Source: Lama glama
Taxonomy: Eukaryota
Length of the DNA: 64,000 nt
Reading direction: 5' to 3'
NCBI GenBank assembly: GCA_028534125.1
Contig: CM052832.1
Span: 17,672,001 to 17,736,000, forward strand
Both the position numbers and the translations under genes were made by a program. Position 1 is the first letter of the stretch. Each line of letters opens with the position of its first letter. The notes under the pieces were generated by a model. That model had not been told where the DNA came from, searched no databases, and saw nothing but the letters and a program-made list of their open reading frames with translations. Shown piece after piece: positions 1 through 13,590 of this stretch.

Positions 1-649
1 GATTTTTTTCTTCCAATCTCTACTTTTAATCTGGTATTTGTGAATCCTTCTTTCCTGTCCTTTAATGATACCTTGACAAATCGTGTAGCTTTGTGGTCAA
101 TTTCATGTATTAAATATTTCATCTAGTTTACTTTCAATTTAAAATTGTATTATCTAGTGAATGAGTTATACAGCCACAGATTCAAAATACAAAAAGTACA
201 AAAGAGAATACATTGAAAAATCTCCCTTCGATTTTTCTCTTCTATTGAGCTTGATAATGGTGTTGCAATTCCATAGGAAAATGTCCTTGTTTTTTAGAGA
301 TGGGAACTGAAGTGTTCAAGGGTGGTATGTCATGATGTCTACAATCTACTGTAAAATACTTCAGCAGAGGAAGAGAAAGAGTGAGAGAGAGAGAGCACAA
401 ATATGGCAAAATGAATGATTATAAATGTAGGTGAGTACATGGTATTTGTTATATATTACACAGAAACCTTTGGGAGTAACTGTGTTTCAAAATTCAGATT
501 ATTTTTAAGACTATAAAAAAAAAATCCCAGTTCAGTTCACTTCAAGATTTGCCTCAAATGGGTTTTAATCCCAAATTTATGGGGAAAAAGAGTTTTCAGA
601 AGTTCATGGATTTTAGAACTGTGGATAAAGGATCCTGGATATGTACTAG

Positions 650-693
<44 letters not shown>

Positions 694-702
694 ATTCTCT
701 CT
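650..702. repeat. (CT)n microsatellite
   Basis: Directly visible imperfect ctctct run. Confidence 0.9.
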
Positions 703-759
703 TGCCTATTTAAATGTTTTCAAATTTAAAACATTTTTAATAAAGATTTCCATCCTACT

Positions 760-3110
760 CCTATACTCAGTCATGTAATTTCATTCCAACAGCCAAAGCT
801 CTTGATTTCTTCTGTAGGTTTTCAGAGATATTTTGTACACATAGAAGCAAATATTTATTTAAAAATTTTCTCCATGATTTCACACAAATAGTAGAACATT
901 ATGTACACAGCTCCCTATTTTGCTTATTTAATTTAACAATAAATCTTGGAAGTTTTTCCCCATAGCCATAGGCATAGATCTGCCTCTTTACTTTGACAGC
1001 TGTATAATATTCCATTATGTAGATTTATTTAGCCAGTCCTCTACTGATGAGCCACTATGCTATTTCCAACTATTTTCTATTTTTGAACAATACTGAACTA
1101 AATAGTTTCATACACATGTTATCTTACACATGTATGAGTTTATCTTTAGGGTAAGTTCCTAGAAGTGGAATCTCTGAGTCAAAGAATATATGCATTTATA
1201 ATATTATAAACATTATAAATTGCCCTCAAAAGTAGTTGTGAAAATTTACAGCTCTCTAAAAATATCTGAAAGTGATTCCACCCCCAATCTTCATTTGATC
1301 TTTGCCAACATGATAGGTAAAAATGATATACTATTGTAGTATTAATTAGCATTTCTTTAAATATGAAAAAGATTGAATATTATATGTATTATATATAATA
1401 TTCATGTACATTTCCTTACTGTGAATTTTTTATTCATACCCTTTCCCCTTTTTCCTTTTGTGGTGGCCTTTCTATTGGCTCGCATGATCATCATATATTA
1501 GGGAAATTAGCATCTTGTGATAATTTGGATTTTTTCCACTCTGGTGGTCTTAGTTACACAGAAACTTTAAATTTCAAAGTAGTTAAATTTACTAATCCTT
1601 TACATTTTCTGTGATTCCAAGAAAGGTCTCCCTTGTGCCAAGACTATAAAAGAAAATTCTCATGTGGTTTCTTCAAGGACTTTTATGATTTTATTATTTT
1701 TCCTATTTAAATTTTGGAACCACCTGGAAATTATCCAGTTGTAAGATGTGAGGTGTGGATTACACTCTATTTTTTTCAGATGTCTATCCAGATGTCCCAG
1801 TACTGTCTATTGAATGATCTATCTTTTCTTCATTGACTTGAAATGCCAGTTTTACTAAATGCTTAAATATTTGTGCCCACTTCTGGATTTTCTATCCTGT
1901 TCATACTATAACATTTTACTTATTGTAGCTTGTAATAGGCTTTAAAATCCAGAAGGCTTATGTCTTTCTTGTTATTCTTTTCTGAACTTCCCTGGCTACT
2001 AGTGCTTGGTTACTTTTCACATAAACTTTGGAAGCTATTTATCTAGTTTGAACAAAATTGTATGTTAATTTTTATTGGCATTATATTAAACACCCAGGCC
2101 AACATGTAAAGAAAACTGATAGGCCTTCCTCTCCATGGGTCGGTCAGCAATAGTTAAAGTTTTCTTATTATTGATCTTGTAATTTCCTCTTAAATTTATT
2201 TCTCAATTATTTTATATCTTTTGTTGCTGTTGTAAATGGGGGTCTTCCACTATGTGAGTGAGTGTGAAGACAATTGATTTCTCTTGTTTATTTTTATAAA
2301 TATATTTAATTTTATAAACAAATCCTTGGGTACTTTCATTTATCTAATTTGATGATAATTTTAATTCTTTCAAATTTATTTCTCTTGTTAAATGCATTGT
2401 CTAATTCCTCCAGAACAATATAAAATAATAGTAGTAAAAATGGACATTTTTCTAAAATGTTGCTAACTTCAAAGAGAAGGCAGATAATGTTTTCTCTGAA
2501 AAGCAAGATAATATAACTTAGATATGTTTATCATGTTAGGTAAGGAACCATCTCTTCTTTCTATTAAAAAATTTAATACATCAAAATGGATGTTACTGTA
2601 ATAAAATGCCTTTTCCACATCTATTTAAATGCATATATGCTGTTTGTTTCTATGCTGAATTATGTTTAAAGATTTTAAAATTTCAAATATTTTTTATGCT
2701 CGTTTCTATTTTGCTGTAGTGAATTATTTAGTCCTTTAATGTGCTGCTGCATTCTGTTTGCTCCTATTTTATTTAGGATTCAGCATAAAAGAATAAAATA
2801 TGTGGTTTTCTTATTGGTAATCAATTCTGGGTTTCACGATCAAATATTCGGATCGCCGCTCCACCCCAAGATAGAATATTCCCTTATTTTTCTATGTTCT
2901 GAAACAGTTTTAAATGCTTTGGAGTTATCTGTTCTTAAAATTTACCTGTGAAATTGATTTTGGGCAGGGGGAGCGGTGGTTTGTTGACAGCTTTATGTCT
3001 TTGATTGCAACTGGCCTGTTCGGATCTTCTATTTCTTCTAAGGTTGCTTTAGTATATTATATTTTCTAAAAACACATACCTTGCATCGAGGTTCTTTACA
3101 TTATTCTGCA
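760..3110 (-). mobile_element. Old L1 (L1M-type) ORF2 end/3' region, fragmented
   Basis: T-rich plus strand with typical antisense L1M tracts (tattccattatg, cctagaagtggaatctctgagtcaaag, cagtactgtctattgaat, tttttctatgttctgaaacagttt). Boundaries approximate. Confidence 0.75.
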
Positions 3111-3500
3111 TAGCGTTGAGTAGCGTAGGCTCTTTTAGTTCCGTCTGCATTTGCGGTTACAAACATTCCTGCCACCACTGGCTGTGACCAGAGACGGAGA
3201 GCTTTGCAGAAACTCACCCCTGAGAGCAGAGGGGACCTCAGGGTTGAAACTGGAGTGGAGGGGCACGCATCTCCCCCTAACCCACACCGTTTCAAGGAGC
3301 GCGCTGTTCCAGCCAGGTATTTGAGGGTTCGCGGTAACTGCAAGTGCAAGCGAATGAAGAAACCAAAGAATTGGGCTCGGACCAAAAAAGGGTACTGAGA
3401 GAGCGGAAGGCGGAGGTCACAAGATTCCGGCAGGGGCGTGGGAGCGCAGGAGCAGCGGTCCGGCAGCAGCCGACGCTGCCAGTTCATTTCATTTAAACAT

Positions 3501-3572
3501 CATCCTGTTGTGCAGCGGTTAGCGTTATGGGCTTTGAATCTGACAATCGGAGTTCAGATCTCGATGCGACTT
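3501..3572 (+). pseudogene. Decayed tRNA-Gln(TTG)-like sequence, or MIR SINE head
   Basis: Ungapped by-eye match of about 51/72 to remembered mammalian tRNA-Gln(TTG); CT-TTG-AA loop at 3532-3538; B-box-like GAGTTCAGATC; TTTT at 3571-3574. Acceptor and T stems are broken, and downstream sequence weakly resembles the MIR core. Confidence 0.4.
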
Positions 3573-4626
3573 TTGGGTCCACTATTGCATTTGGCTCTCC
3601 AGTAGGTGACTTGGAGGAGTCCATTTCGCTCCTCTTACGAGTAACACTCTTTACCGACGTAATGGTTCGTAAATCAACACAATCCCTATGTAGGAAATGT
3701 GGCAAATATTTTGCAAATGAACACACCCCAGAACACAGCTCATCTCCTTCCAGACATTTATATTATAGCACCATATCCAAAATGATATATATATTCAGAT
3801 ATAGGTATATTTACCTTTTTAAAAAAAATATGTAATGTCTATACACATTGTCTTGCACTATGCTCTTTTCCATTTAACAGTATATCTTGGAGAGCTTAAT
3901 TTTATGTGGCATATTTGTATCTGGACACATAAGGGCTAATAGTGTCTTACCAGTGGGAAGGGTAATTGGTGCCAAAACTTTGCTGTCTAGCTTTCTATAC
4001 TTTTTGAATCATGTGAATGTAGTACTTACCCCAAAGTGGTACTTAATTAATTATAAAATGAAGAAATATCTTTTTTTTTTCCTCCAAAGTTCTCAAAGTC
4101 GAGATGGAAAGGCACAGGTAGAAATTATACAACATTAACATTTTTATTTTCTTTTCTCAGGAAGAAATATTTAGCCCTAACTGAGAATGTTTTGTAGTGT
4201 GTACTTGTTAGTCTTGTCAAATCTCGAAGAGATGCTCACTCCTCCTCATCAAAGACAGGCATCCTTAGATAATAACTATTGTTTTTAAAGTTATTATAAG
4301 AGATAATAGACAGAAATTGCAGTAGAGATAAAATTAGCCTGAAAATGCCTTAAATAATCCACAAGGCTCAGTATACATAATTTTGTGTACATTATTCTAT
4401 AGAGAATTTTATCAGTTCCTCTAAATTTGTTAGGCAATGTTTTTCTACGGTCCTCAATTCTTCAGTTATTTCCTCCATGGGAAATTTCTGCTAAGCAAAA
4501 CTTGTAAGGGAATGAAAATTTGGTGGGAGAATGAAACATGAATCAAGTACGTCAATTAATAAATTAAAATCACAGCCACGACAAACGCTAGCGAAGAAGT
4601 GGAGAACAGGATGGTGAGATCTCGCC

Positions 4627-4631
4627 AAAAA
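4627..4631 (-). terminator. Pol III oligo-T terminator of tRNA-Ser
   Basis: First T5 run on the minus strand, about 31 nt downstream of the tRNA 3' end. Confidence 0.75.
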
Positions 4632-4662
4632 GAAATGCTCTCCCGTCCCAAGCTCAGCCAAC

Positions 4663-4744
4663 CGACGAGGATGGGATTCGAACCCACGCGTGCAGAGCAC
4701 AATGGATTAGCAGTCCATCGCCTTAACCACTCGGCCACCTCGTC
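4663..4744 (-). tRNA. tRNA-Ser, anticodon GCT (82 nt, long variable arm)
   Basis: Reverse complement reads GACGAGGTGGCCGAGTGGTTAAGGCGATGGACTGCTAATCCATTGTGCTCTGCACGCGTGGGTTCGAATCCCATCCTCGTCG, with intact A box, B box and stems. Confidence 0.98.
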
Positions 4745-7700
4745 CCACAAAAATTCTTAATGACTCAACTTCTTCCTGCAGTACTGCCAGACGTTTTGTA
4801 GCCATACATAATTTAATCGCTCTTTCCCTGGCTTAATCGCAACCACAGGGTGAGTCCATTGTCTTAAAGTACATTTCACAACCACCACAAAACTGATGAA
4901 CAACACTTAGAGTGCTAAAGTTACTTGACAAATACCTAAAAACAGGTGGAACCAGGCCTGACACACGTTTTTGGACGCAAGCCAACCCTGGCTTGCCGAC
5001 TCCTCTCCAGCCTGCAGCTCTGAGTGTCCGGGTGACAAACACCTGGACCGTCACAGGATCTCTCTGCCGTTTCACCCCGCATCTAAGGGACCGATTTCCC
5101 CACCTCCTGATTAGAACTTCTCCCGGGTTTCCCGTTTTCTGAGTGGTACCAGAAACTTGGCTCTACGATTTCTTTCCACTTGTTTTTGTAATATGCCCGA
5201 CAACAAGGAGACACCCTCTTTTAGTCTTTAGTAACCCTCTCTAGGACTTGGCATTGATCTGTCTGTGATAAATCAGCAACGCTTGAAAACGTGTCTCAGA
5301 AAAAAGTAGAGGCGAACAAGAGCCCTAACGGGAAGTCGTTTGTACCGTGGCACAAGACTGGCTTAGCCTGACTGCTATAAATGCTAAGAAGAGCGGGTAG
5401 GGTTGACAATCCCTGATTCAGGACTCAGGGTGCAGGTCCTGGTTGTGGCTCTTTCCTAAGCTCCATTAGCGAAGCCGGACTAAGTAACCTCTAATGTCCC
5501 TTCCAGCTCTGACAATCTCTGTGATAAAATGACCTTCAAAGCCCTCTTCCACTTGTGAGAGTTTGTGCACTTTTAAATATTTAGTGCAGAATTTTGGAGT
5601 TTGAAATGTTCTTTTCTACAAAAATGTGTGTCTTTTTCCTCTCTAGGAAATCTCAGCTCTAGTCTCAACTTTGTTGAGAGGTGTCTTTGCTCTCTCACGC
5701 GGTTCACCAAATTTCAAAATATCTTCAGTCACCACAAAACAACCATCAGAGGTACTTCATCCACAATACTGAATGAAACAGTATTCGTTCCTTTGAGTGG
5801 GACGAGTATATTGGTACACTTTGAGTCATCCCTACTGCTCACACTTACCTTGCAGAGACTCAAAGGCAACCTCATTTCACGTCAGTGACTCAGAACTATT
5901 CCTAGGGGAAGCAGGTGGGACAGGGGTAGCGGGGTAAGGAGTTTCTGCTGTTAACTAAGAGTTTCACTGAAGTTTGACTTAGACCACTGTCTCTACAGCA
6001 AGAAGGCAGGGAATATATTTGTTTCGGTCTTATTACACCAGTGTCAGTGTAAGCAAGTAGTAGCTATCATTCATAGATTTAATATCAAATCTAAGCATTA
6101 GAATTAAGGTACCTAAAAAGGACATTTTCAATTAGCTAAACACTTTAGGTTAATAACCCTAGTTTTTTTAATACCATAAAGTTATGATGAGTATTAAACT
6201 AGTTAATATCAGTGAAATTCTTAGAAAATTGTCTTGCAAATAGCAATTGCTGTGTATGTCATTTGATATTATGGTAGTTGTTTTTATTACTAACAAAACA
6301 AATAATAGGCTAATAATTAATTAAGTGAAATTGTACTCAAGAAAAAACCCAACAGGAAAACAAGTACCAAAAGACATGTACGGTCAATTTACAGAAGAAA
6401 ATCAAATGCTTAATGATGTAGTGAAAGATGCTCTGCCTAACTTATATAAGTATATGTCATTTAAAACAATAATATATCATTCTCCTTCCCCTACTCCCAC
6501 TGTAGATTTCTGAAATATTGTCCATGCAAGTGTAAGCTGGCTCAATCAGACTGAAGGATAATTGCATAAGATCTATTAAAATTTACAAAGTTCATATCAT
6601 CCTTTCCCCCTTCCTTCCTTCCTTCTTTCCTTCCTTCCTTTTTCCCTTCTTTAAACTCAATAGTCAACCTACTAGCAGAGGATTACGCTAGAGAAATGCC
6701 AACACTAGTGTGAAAAAAATATGCATATATACGCATACACATACATTATATATAGCACAGTGGAGCACTACTTTCAATAGTTAAGCTGTTAGAAACTACC
6801 CAATATCCACCAAAATCGAGTGTTGAGTTAAGTAACTTGTGATTAAGTAAAACATTCTAATATGTGATCATTAATAAGACTAATACATATCTACATGTAG
6901 TAATCTACAAGTGTTTTCCCACTGTTGGGTTTTTTAAAAATCGACAACGTAAAGGCATGGAGATAAAGCTACGAAATTGAAAAGCATCGTGGTTCAGAGG
7001 TTGACAGCTGCGTGAGAAGTGCTCTCCGGCCCACAGGCCGCAAGAATTTCCACTCGACGGTGAAGACTCCTCGACAGCAATGCCCCCACGCTCTAAGCTT
7101 TAGCTCTTTATTCCTGGAAAAGTGCAGAAGGCCGCGGAGCACTAGTTGGTGGCGATGCTGCTAAACCTGACATGCTCCTGGGGGTGGGGGTGGGGGCGGG
7201 CGGGGGACGCGGTGGAGATGGGGCGCTCTCTGTAGGTTTACATAATTCCTAGTTTCCGTCTTCTAAAGTCTTTCATAGCTGGGAAATAATAAAAATGGCA
7301 AATTCCTCCATAGCGCCCACTCTGCCGATCACTCTCCTAAGCGCTTTACAGGCATTAATTCAGGGAATCCCAGCACCGCCTGGTAAGGTGTGCCCCGCCC
7401 AGGATCCCACGCAGAGTGGCCGCCCTGCGGTTCACACCGGGCACTCAGTCTCCACCGTCCATGCTGTCAACTAGCGCGCAGAATTTCAAACGCGAAAACT
7501 GCACATGATTTTCCATTAAGACTCAATGGAGACGCGATCGAGTTTCACTGAGTGGTTTGTTTTAGGGAAACCTGCCGTGTCAAAAGTCTTAAAGCGAAGC
7601 AGAGCTACGGAAAACCAGAAGCCATTCTTAGGACCCAATTTGCCAAATACCATACCAAAAGCTAGGAAACGGAATCTACTCAGTATGCAGGTGGAGGCCT

Positions 7701-8641
7701 CCCTCAGTTTTTCTGGTTGCTTTTGAAGAATATCGCTCCGGGCTTCGGTTCCCTAGATGGGGAAAGCTGTGATCGTAACTAGCCCTATAACGCGCTCCTC
7801 TTGGCTCTTCTCCCCTGCTCACAAACCCCACTCAAACCAGCTGCCCAGAGCTAAAATTTCAAAATTGTCCCTGTTTGCAGCCTCCAGGGAGCCGCGGACC
7901 AGTTCCTGTCCACCCTCTCCGAGAATTATTTGTCCCCAGACGTACGAAGAAAAATCGATGGAGAATAACTGGTGAATTGTAGGGAATTTCGGCGGTGGTG
8001 AAGTGGGTACAGCCTTTCTCGCTCCTGCCGGGATGCGCACTTAAGTTTCTGAAATGGTGTGAAATCCCAGGAAAACTGCCCCAAATTCCTCCCTTCGAGT
8101 GTATAGCCTCTCGTTCTTTCTATAGGTAAACCGTTAATAGATGATCCTGGGATTTCGAAATATTCAAAGCGAGCGGGTTGGTGGCGTTAGGGTAAATAAT
8201 GACCAAGCAGAGGTTCCAATATTTTCACGTGTTAAGATTTGGATTCTAGCAGAGCCATGATTTTCACCCACCCAAGTAAGTAGCTTTCGGACGGTCACAA
8301 GACCATAGACCTTTCTTCCAAATCGTCCTCCTTCTCTGTTTCCGGGAGACCAGATATAGGAAAAATTTGGTGAGGAGCATGGCTGATTTGTTCTCTTACT
8401 CAGGAATGCTAATGAGCTGGATACAGGAGCGTCTCCGAAATTGGCCCAATGCTGGGGCACTCATTCCCTGGGTATTGGTTCGACCTTGAGATTAAGACCC
8501 CCATTCCTCTGCCAAGTGAGACTGGCTCTGTAGTTGAAAAAATTGCTTTCCTAGAATCTCTGATGAATCAATGATGATGATGATTTTTGGCCCACACTTC
8601 TTTATTTTTAAAATGGTTGTTTATTTTTAAAAGACATTACA

Positions 8642-8775
8642 GGGGAAAGGGTATAGCTCAGTGGTAGAGCGCCTGTCTAGCATGCACAAGGTCCTGGCTT
8701 CAATCCCCAGTACCTCCATTAAGAAAGAAAGAAATAAACCTAATTACTGCCCCTACCCCAACAAAAACAAAAAAA
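8642..8775 (+). mobile_element. tRNA-Ala-derived camelid-type SINE (vic-1-like)
   Basis: gggtatagctcagtggtagagcg...tagcatgcacaaggtcctggcttcaatccccagtacctcca head, aaacctaattac tail and A-rich end; near-TSD aaaagacatt (8629-8638) / aaaggacatt (8773-8782). Confidence 0.85.
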
Positions 8776-8784
8776 GGACATTCT

Positions 8785-9280
8785 CTTTTATGACAATACA
8801 ATTATTGACTCAGGAAACTGAATACTGATGCTATACTATGATTGAATGGATAGTCCATGCTCAAATTATGCCAGTTGTCCTAATAATGTCTTTTTGTACA
8901 TTTTGTTCCAATCTAGAATCCAACCTAGGCTCACACATTGAACTTAGTTGTTCTAGTTCTTTAATTTCCTTTAATCTAAAACAATTCTTCATTGATTCTT
9001 TGTCTTTCATAACACTGATATTTTTGAAGACCACAGGCCAGTTGTTCTATTGAACCCCCTTCTTTAAATTTGGGTTTGTCTAATGTTTCCTCATGATTAG
9101 ATTTAGGTTATTATGTTTGTTTGTTTGTTTGTTTTTTACCAGGAATACCACAGAAGTGATAACGTGTCCTTCTCAGTGAAGGAATCATTCTAGGAGTCGT
9201 ATGGTATCAGTTTGTCCTCTTACTAGTTGTTTACTTGGTTAGGCTGTTTTCTACCAAATTTCTCCACAGCAAAGATTTAA
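8785..9280 (-). mobile_element. L1MC-type 3' end fragment
   Basis: ccagttgtcctaataatgtc, cacacattgaacttagttg, tcatgattagatttaggtta motifs. Confidence 0.7.
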
Positions 9281-9294
9281 CTTCCACTGGATTA

Positions 9295-9622
9295 TGTTTA
9301 TTTTCTTAATTGAAGTATAGTTGATTTACAATATTGTGTTAGTGTCAGGTGTATAGCTTAGTGATTCAGATATATATATTTTCATTATAGGCTATTGAAT
9401 ATGGTTCCCTGTGCTGTACAGTAAATCTTCATTGCTCATCTATTTTATGCATAGTAGTTTATATCTGTTAACCCCATACTCCTAATTTATCCTTCCCCCT
9501 CTCCCTTTCCTCTTTGGAACCAAGTTTATTTTCTGCGTCTGTGAGTCTGTTTCTGTTTTGTATATAGATTCATTTGTATTATTTTTTAGATTCCACACAT
9601 ATCACTTAATATTTGTCTTTCT
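9295..9622 (-). mobile_element. Younger L1 3' end (L1MA9/artiodactyl type)
   Basis: ttaattgaagtatagttgatttacaatattgtgttag...tgtgagtctgtttctg...tagattccaca. Confidence 0.85.
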
Positions 9623-9857
9623 CCCCTGGATTATGTGTTTAAACTTAGGCAGGGTGGGGAGGAACTAATCACCTGGAGCTCCAGGATCAGCTCCTTGATG
9701 TGTGTCTCTGGCCTCAGCCACTGATAATTAACTCAGAGCTGCACTAGACCCAGGAATAGCTTTTCCTTCCTTCATTCAATATTTATGAAGCAGCTAATAC
9801 ATGTCAGGTACTGTCTAAAGTGCTGAGATATATTAATGAGTGAAACAAAGATTCCTG

Positions 9858-10357
9858 NNNNNNNNNNNNNNNNNNNNNNNNNNNNNNNNNNNNNNNNNNN
9901 NNNNNNNNNNNNNNNNNNNNNNNNNNNNNNNNNNNNNNNNNNNNNNNNNNNNNNNNNNNNNNNNNNNNNNNNNNNNNNNNNNNNNNNNNNNNNNNNNNNN
10001 NNNNNNNNNNNNNNNNNNNNNNNNNNNNNNNNNNNNNNNNNNNNNNNNNNNNNNNNNNNNNNNNNNNNNNNNNNNNNNNNNNNNNNNNNNNNNNNNNNNN
10101 NNNNNNNNNNNNNNNNNNNNNNNNNNNNNNNNNNNNNNNNNNNNNNNNNNNNNNNNNNNNNNNNNNNNNNNNNNNNNNNNNNNNNNNNNNNNNNNNNNNN
10201 NNNNNNNNNNNNNNNNNNNNNNNNNNNNNNNNNNNNNNNNNNNNNNNNNNNNNNNNNNNNNNNNNNNNNNNNNNNNNNNNNNNNNNNNNNNNNNNNNNNN
10301 NNNNNNNNNNNNNNNNNNNNNNNNNNNNNNNNNNNNNNNNNNNNNNNNNNNNNNNNN
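9858..10357. other. Assembly gap (500 N)
   Basis: Run of N flanked by a (TA)n tract. Confidence 1.
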
Positions 10358-10949
10358 TATATATATATATATTTTATATATTAGACACCAAGATGAACAA
10401 GGTAAATATGATCTGTTATTCAGCATTACATGTTCACCTGGTCCCCCACGTACATTTCTCATTTTTTTTTAAACAAAGAGTTAGGAAATTCTGTGAAATG
10501 ATATACCAAAACACAGATATTTATTTGCAGAATTTCCCAGATTACTAGAGTAAGTCTGGTAGAAGTGTATGTATAACTGTTGGGTCCCATGAATCAATGT
10601 CAAAATCATTCTTAGAAAAACTTAAATTAGCATCACGAATTCCAAACAAAAAATAAATTTAATAAATAATGCTTGTTTTACCCAAGGTTGTGATTAGTCA
10701 TAAAGACTTCCCCCTACTCTCTCTACCTTTACTGTAGAAAATGAAAAGCTAACTGTGTCAAAGACAGTTAAATATCCATTGAGATCTGACAAAAGAATGT
10801 TTTAATTCAACTTTGCCCAAAGTGACCTAAGTGTCTTTCTGTTAACACTTGCCTATTTCCACAAAATAGTGCCAGTTAAAGTAATTATATGCAACTGGGT
10901 ATTTTCCCTAATGGTGATGTTTGATTTTGAAAAAGTTCTATGTTATACC

Positions 10950-12179
10950 TCTTATCACATAATCTCACTATTGAGGCTCATTTTTCTTGTGTATCCTCTG
11001 ATGTTTGGTAAGATATGAGTTTATGAGAAGATTTTCCCACACTTGTCCAAGTCATAAAGCTTCTTTCCATTGTAGACTCTGATGTTTGGTGAGATCTGAA
11101 CTTTGATTGAAGGCTTTCCCACATTATTTACACTTAGAGTTCTCTTTCCTGCATGGAATTTTTGCTACACTTTGAGTTGAGCTAACATTTAAAGTGTCCC
11201 CATAGTGGTCACACCTACAGGATTTTGTTCCAGTGTGGATTTTCTGAAGTGTAAGACTGAGCTTTTAAGTGACAACCTTCCCACATTTTAATATTTGTTG
11301 GTTTTCCAGTAATAAATGCTGGCTTCCAAAAGAAGGCCTTTACCCACTCATTACATTCATAATCCAGTGTGGGTTCTTTGGCAGGTGACCACACTTGAAA
11401 CACAATGAATCATGTATACTCTTTACACCCACAGATTTTCTTCTTCAGTGTGGATTCTCTGTTTAACAAGGCTATCACAGAATTTAAAGGCTGTGCCACA
11501 CTCATGACACAGATAAATGAATTTGCTTATGTTTAATAAGACCTGAGCTCACATGGAAGGCTTCTGACACTGAAGATATTCTCGAGGGTTCAGATCACTC
11601 CAGTATCTGAAGGTTTTACATTCTTTATTCTCATTTTCAGGATGGCCTCTCTGTTGTTTAATGGGACTTGGGATTACACTGAAGGTCTTTTCAGGTTGAG
11701 GATACTCAAAGGGCTTTCTTGAAGTCTGGACATGCTGGTACTTGGTCAGGGCTGCTGGTGTGTGTTGTTTTATTAGGGAGGGATATTTTTGGATCAGTGA
11801 CTTCCATTCACTTTACAATGAGTGGATGCTTCTTTTATTACAGTTGAAGATGGAAGTTGTGTGCAAGCTGAACAGAGGATTTCCCATGCCCAGAGCATCG
11901 ACAGGACTGAACTTAAGGACAAATTCTCCTGGGCAGGTATCTTAGGTCTCTTTATCCAAATGATACTCTCCTTGGCTTAAGGCAATATAAACTGTGCATA
12001 CTCAAGGGGGCTCCTCCCTCACTTTGGTAAATTATTCAGAACCCATGAACTTGTTCAGTGTGGAGCCCCTGACGATGTTCCCACTTAAGTCTTCTGAACA
12101 TCATCCCCCTCTGTGTTAGACTTATTCTGGAAAACTCTGCTTTGAAACAGACTCCTTGTTTACTATCAGAAGTCACCAT
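10950..12179 (-). pseudogene. Decayed C2H2 zinc-finger terminal exon
   Basis: Acceptor ttctttcag|ATGGTGAC at 12179 followed by stops; finger relics such as CHECGTAFKFCDSLVKQRIHTEE (~11445-11510) and KCK*CGKAFNQSSDLTKHQ (~11080-11135); many stops and frameshifts. Confidence 0.9.
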
Positions 12180-13189
12180 CTGAAAGAACAGGTTGATCAC
12201 GAAATTAGCATCTTTTCCCCAGAGGCAGAAAGAGGGCATCAAACGTAAGGTATACGAGAATAGCCTACAGAGAAATTATGTAAAACACACCTCCTCTTAT
12301 GTGAAAGTTCTAAGTAAGAATATATACTTGTTTTTCTGTTAATTTCTGCTCTTATCTTTAGTATTTTCTTCCTCCTGCTTTCTTGGATTTATTTTCCTGT
12401 ACTTTAAGTTCTCAAAATGGATGTTTAGAGCTTTTTTTTTTTTTAAACCAGCTTTCCTTTTTCCCAAATATAGCATCTGTACTTTTACCCTAAGAAACCT
12501 GGAAAAGTACCCTGAACAAAGTAGGTCTAAATAAACAGAAGCTACTCATTATTAGTACTATCACTAATGCAGAGCAGAAGTAAAACAGAAGGGACTAGTG
12601 AGGAGACTCATTTATCCAAGAGCTCCTATGAACATAACAATATATAAAGTAGCAGATTAAAGAAGAGGTCATCATATAACAAAGCATTTTACTATCTATT
12701 TGGAGAGATTATAAAAACTTCAAAGCTAGAAGGGATATCAGAGAATATTTGGCCTTCTCCCTTATTTTTAAGGATGTAAAACTGAGACCCAGCTAGGTGG
12801 CATCAGCCTAGGTAATAAGGTTACGTAGAGGTAAAGATATGTTGAGACCAAGGGCTCTTGAATCACACCTTTAAAGTTCTTACCAGCATAACATACTGGC
12901 TTTTAAGGCCCACTGTGGTGCATAAACAACCTTCAGATTGAAACTTTCATAATATTGCATAGTGGTTAAGAGAAAAGGTTGTCAAGTTAAACTTCTGGTT
13001 TCAATTCCTGGCTCTACCATTCCTAGCTGTACAACCTTGGGCAAGTTATTTAAAGTCTCTGTTCCTCACTCTCTTTAGCTGTAAAATGGGAGAATAGTAG
13101 TATGTATCTATATCATTTTTTATTGAGAAAAATATGTAAGACACTCAGAAAAATCCCCAGCACAGAAAGCATTCCACAAATATTGGCCA

Positions 13190-13590
13190 TTATGGTAGAT
13201 GCACTAATTCAATGGTAGATTATATTACTTTTGTTAGTTATTCACTGCCCTCTTTGTATGGATTATTTTTCTCCACCTGATGGATAGTAAGCTTGGTCAT
13301 TTGACTTGCTTTGATTAATGAAATGTAAGTAGAAATGACATACGCTCCTCCTGAGTAGATGCTTTAAAAGCCATCATGTGGTCCTACCATTGTTTTCCTT
13401 TTGCTCTAAGAGCAACATATTCAGGGTAGGAATACTCCTCTAGCCTGGATCCTAGAGTGGTGAGAAGGTGTTGCAAGAGCTGCAACTGACATGCAACATT
13501 ACCAGGAATAAATTTTGTACTGTAAGCCACTGAGATTTGGGGGCTGGGGAGAAGTTGTTGGTTACATAATAAAAAGCTAGTTGATCATAA
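13190..13590 (+). mobile_element. MaLR LTR (MLT1I/J-like)
   Basis: ggtcatttgacttgctttg...aatgaaatgtaagtagaaatgaca...aataaattttgtactgtaagccactgagatttgggg. Confidence 0.7.

Noticed and set aside
4491..4750. ORFs MWDEVAEWLRRW... and MLCTRGFESH...
   Set aside because: Translations of the tRNA-Ser gene.
8176..8257. 82-nt stretch faintly resembling tRNA-Leu
   Set aside because: Only about 55% by-eye identity in the 3' half, no anticodon arm or A box; not distinguishable from chance without a covariance-model score.
8642..8720. tRNA-Ala-like sequences (also ~35517, ~56655, ~57360, ~63811)
   Set aside because: They have SINE tails, A-rich ends and in several cases TSDs, and broken stems; they are retroposed SINEs, not tRNA genes.
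9833..10472. Three long ORFs of 182-210 aa
   Set aside because: Artefacts of translating through the 500-N gap.
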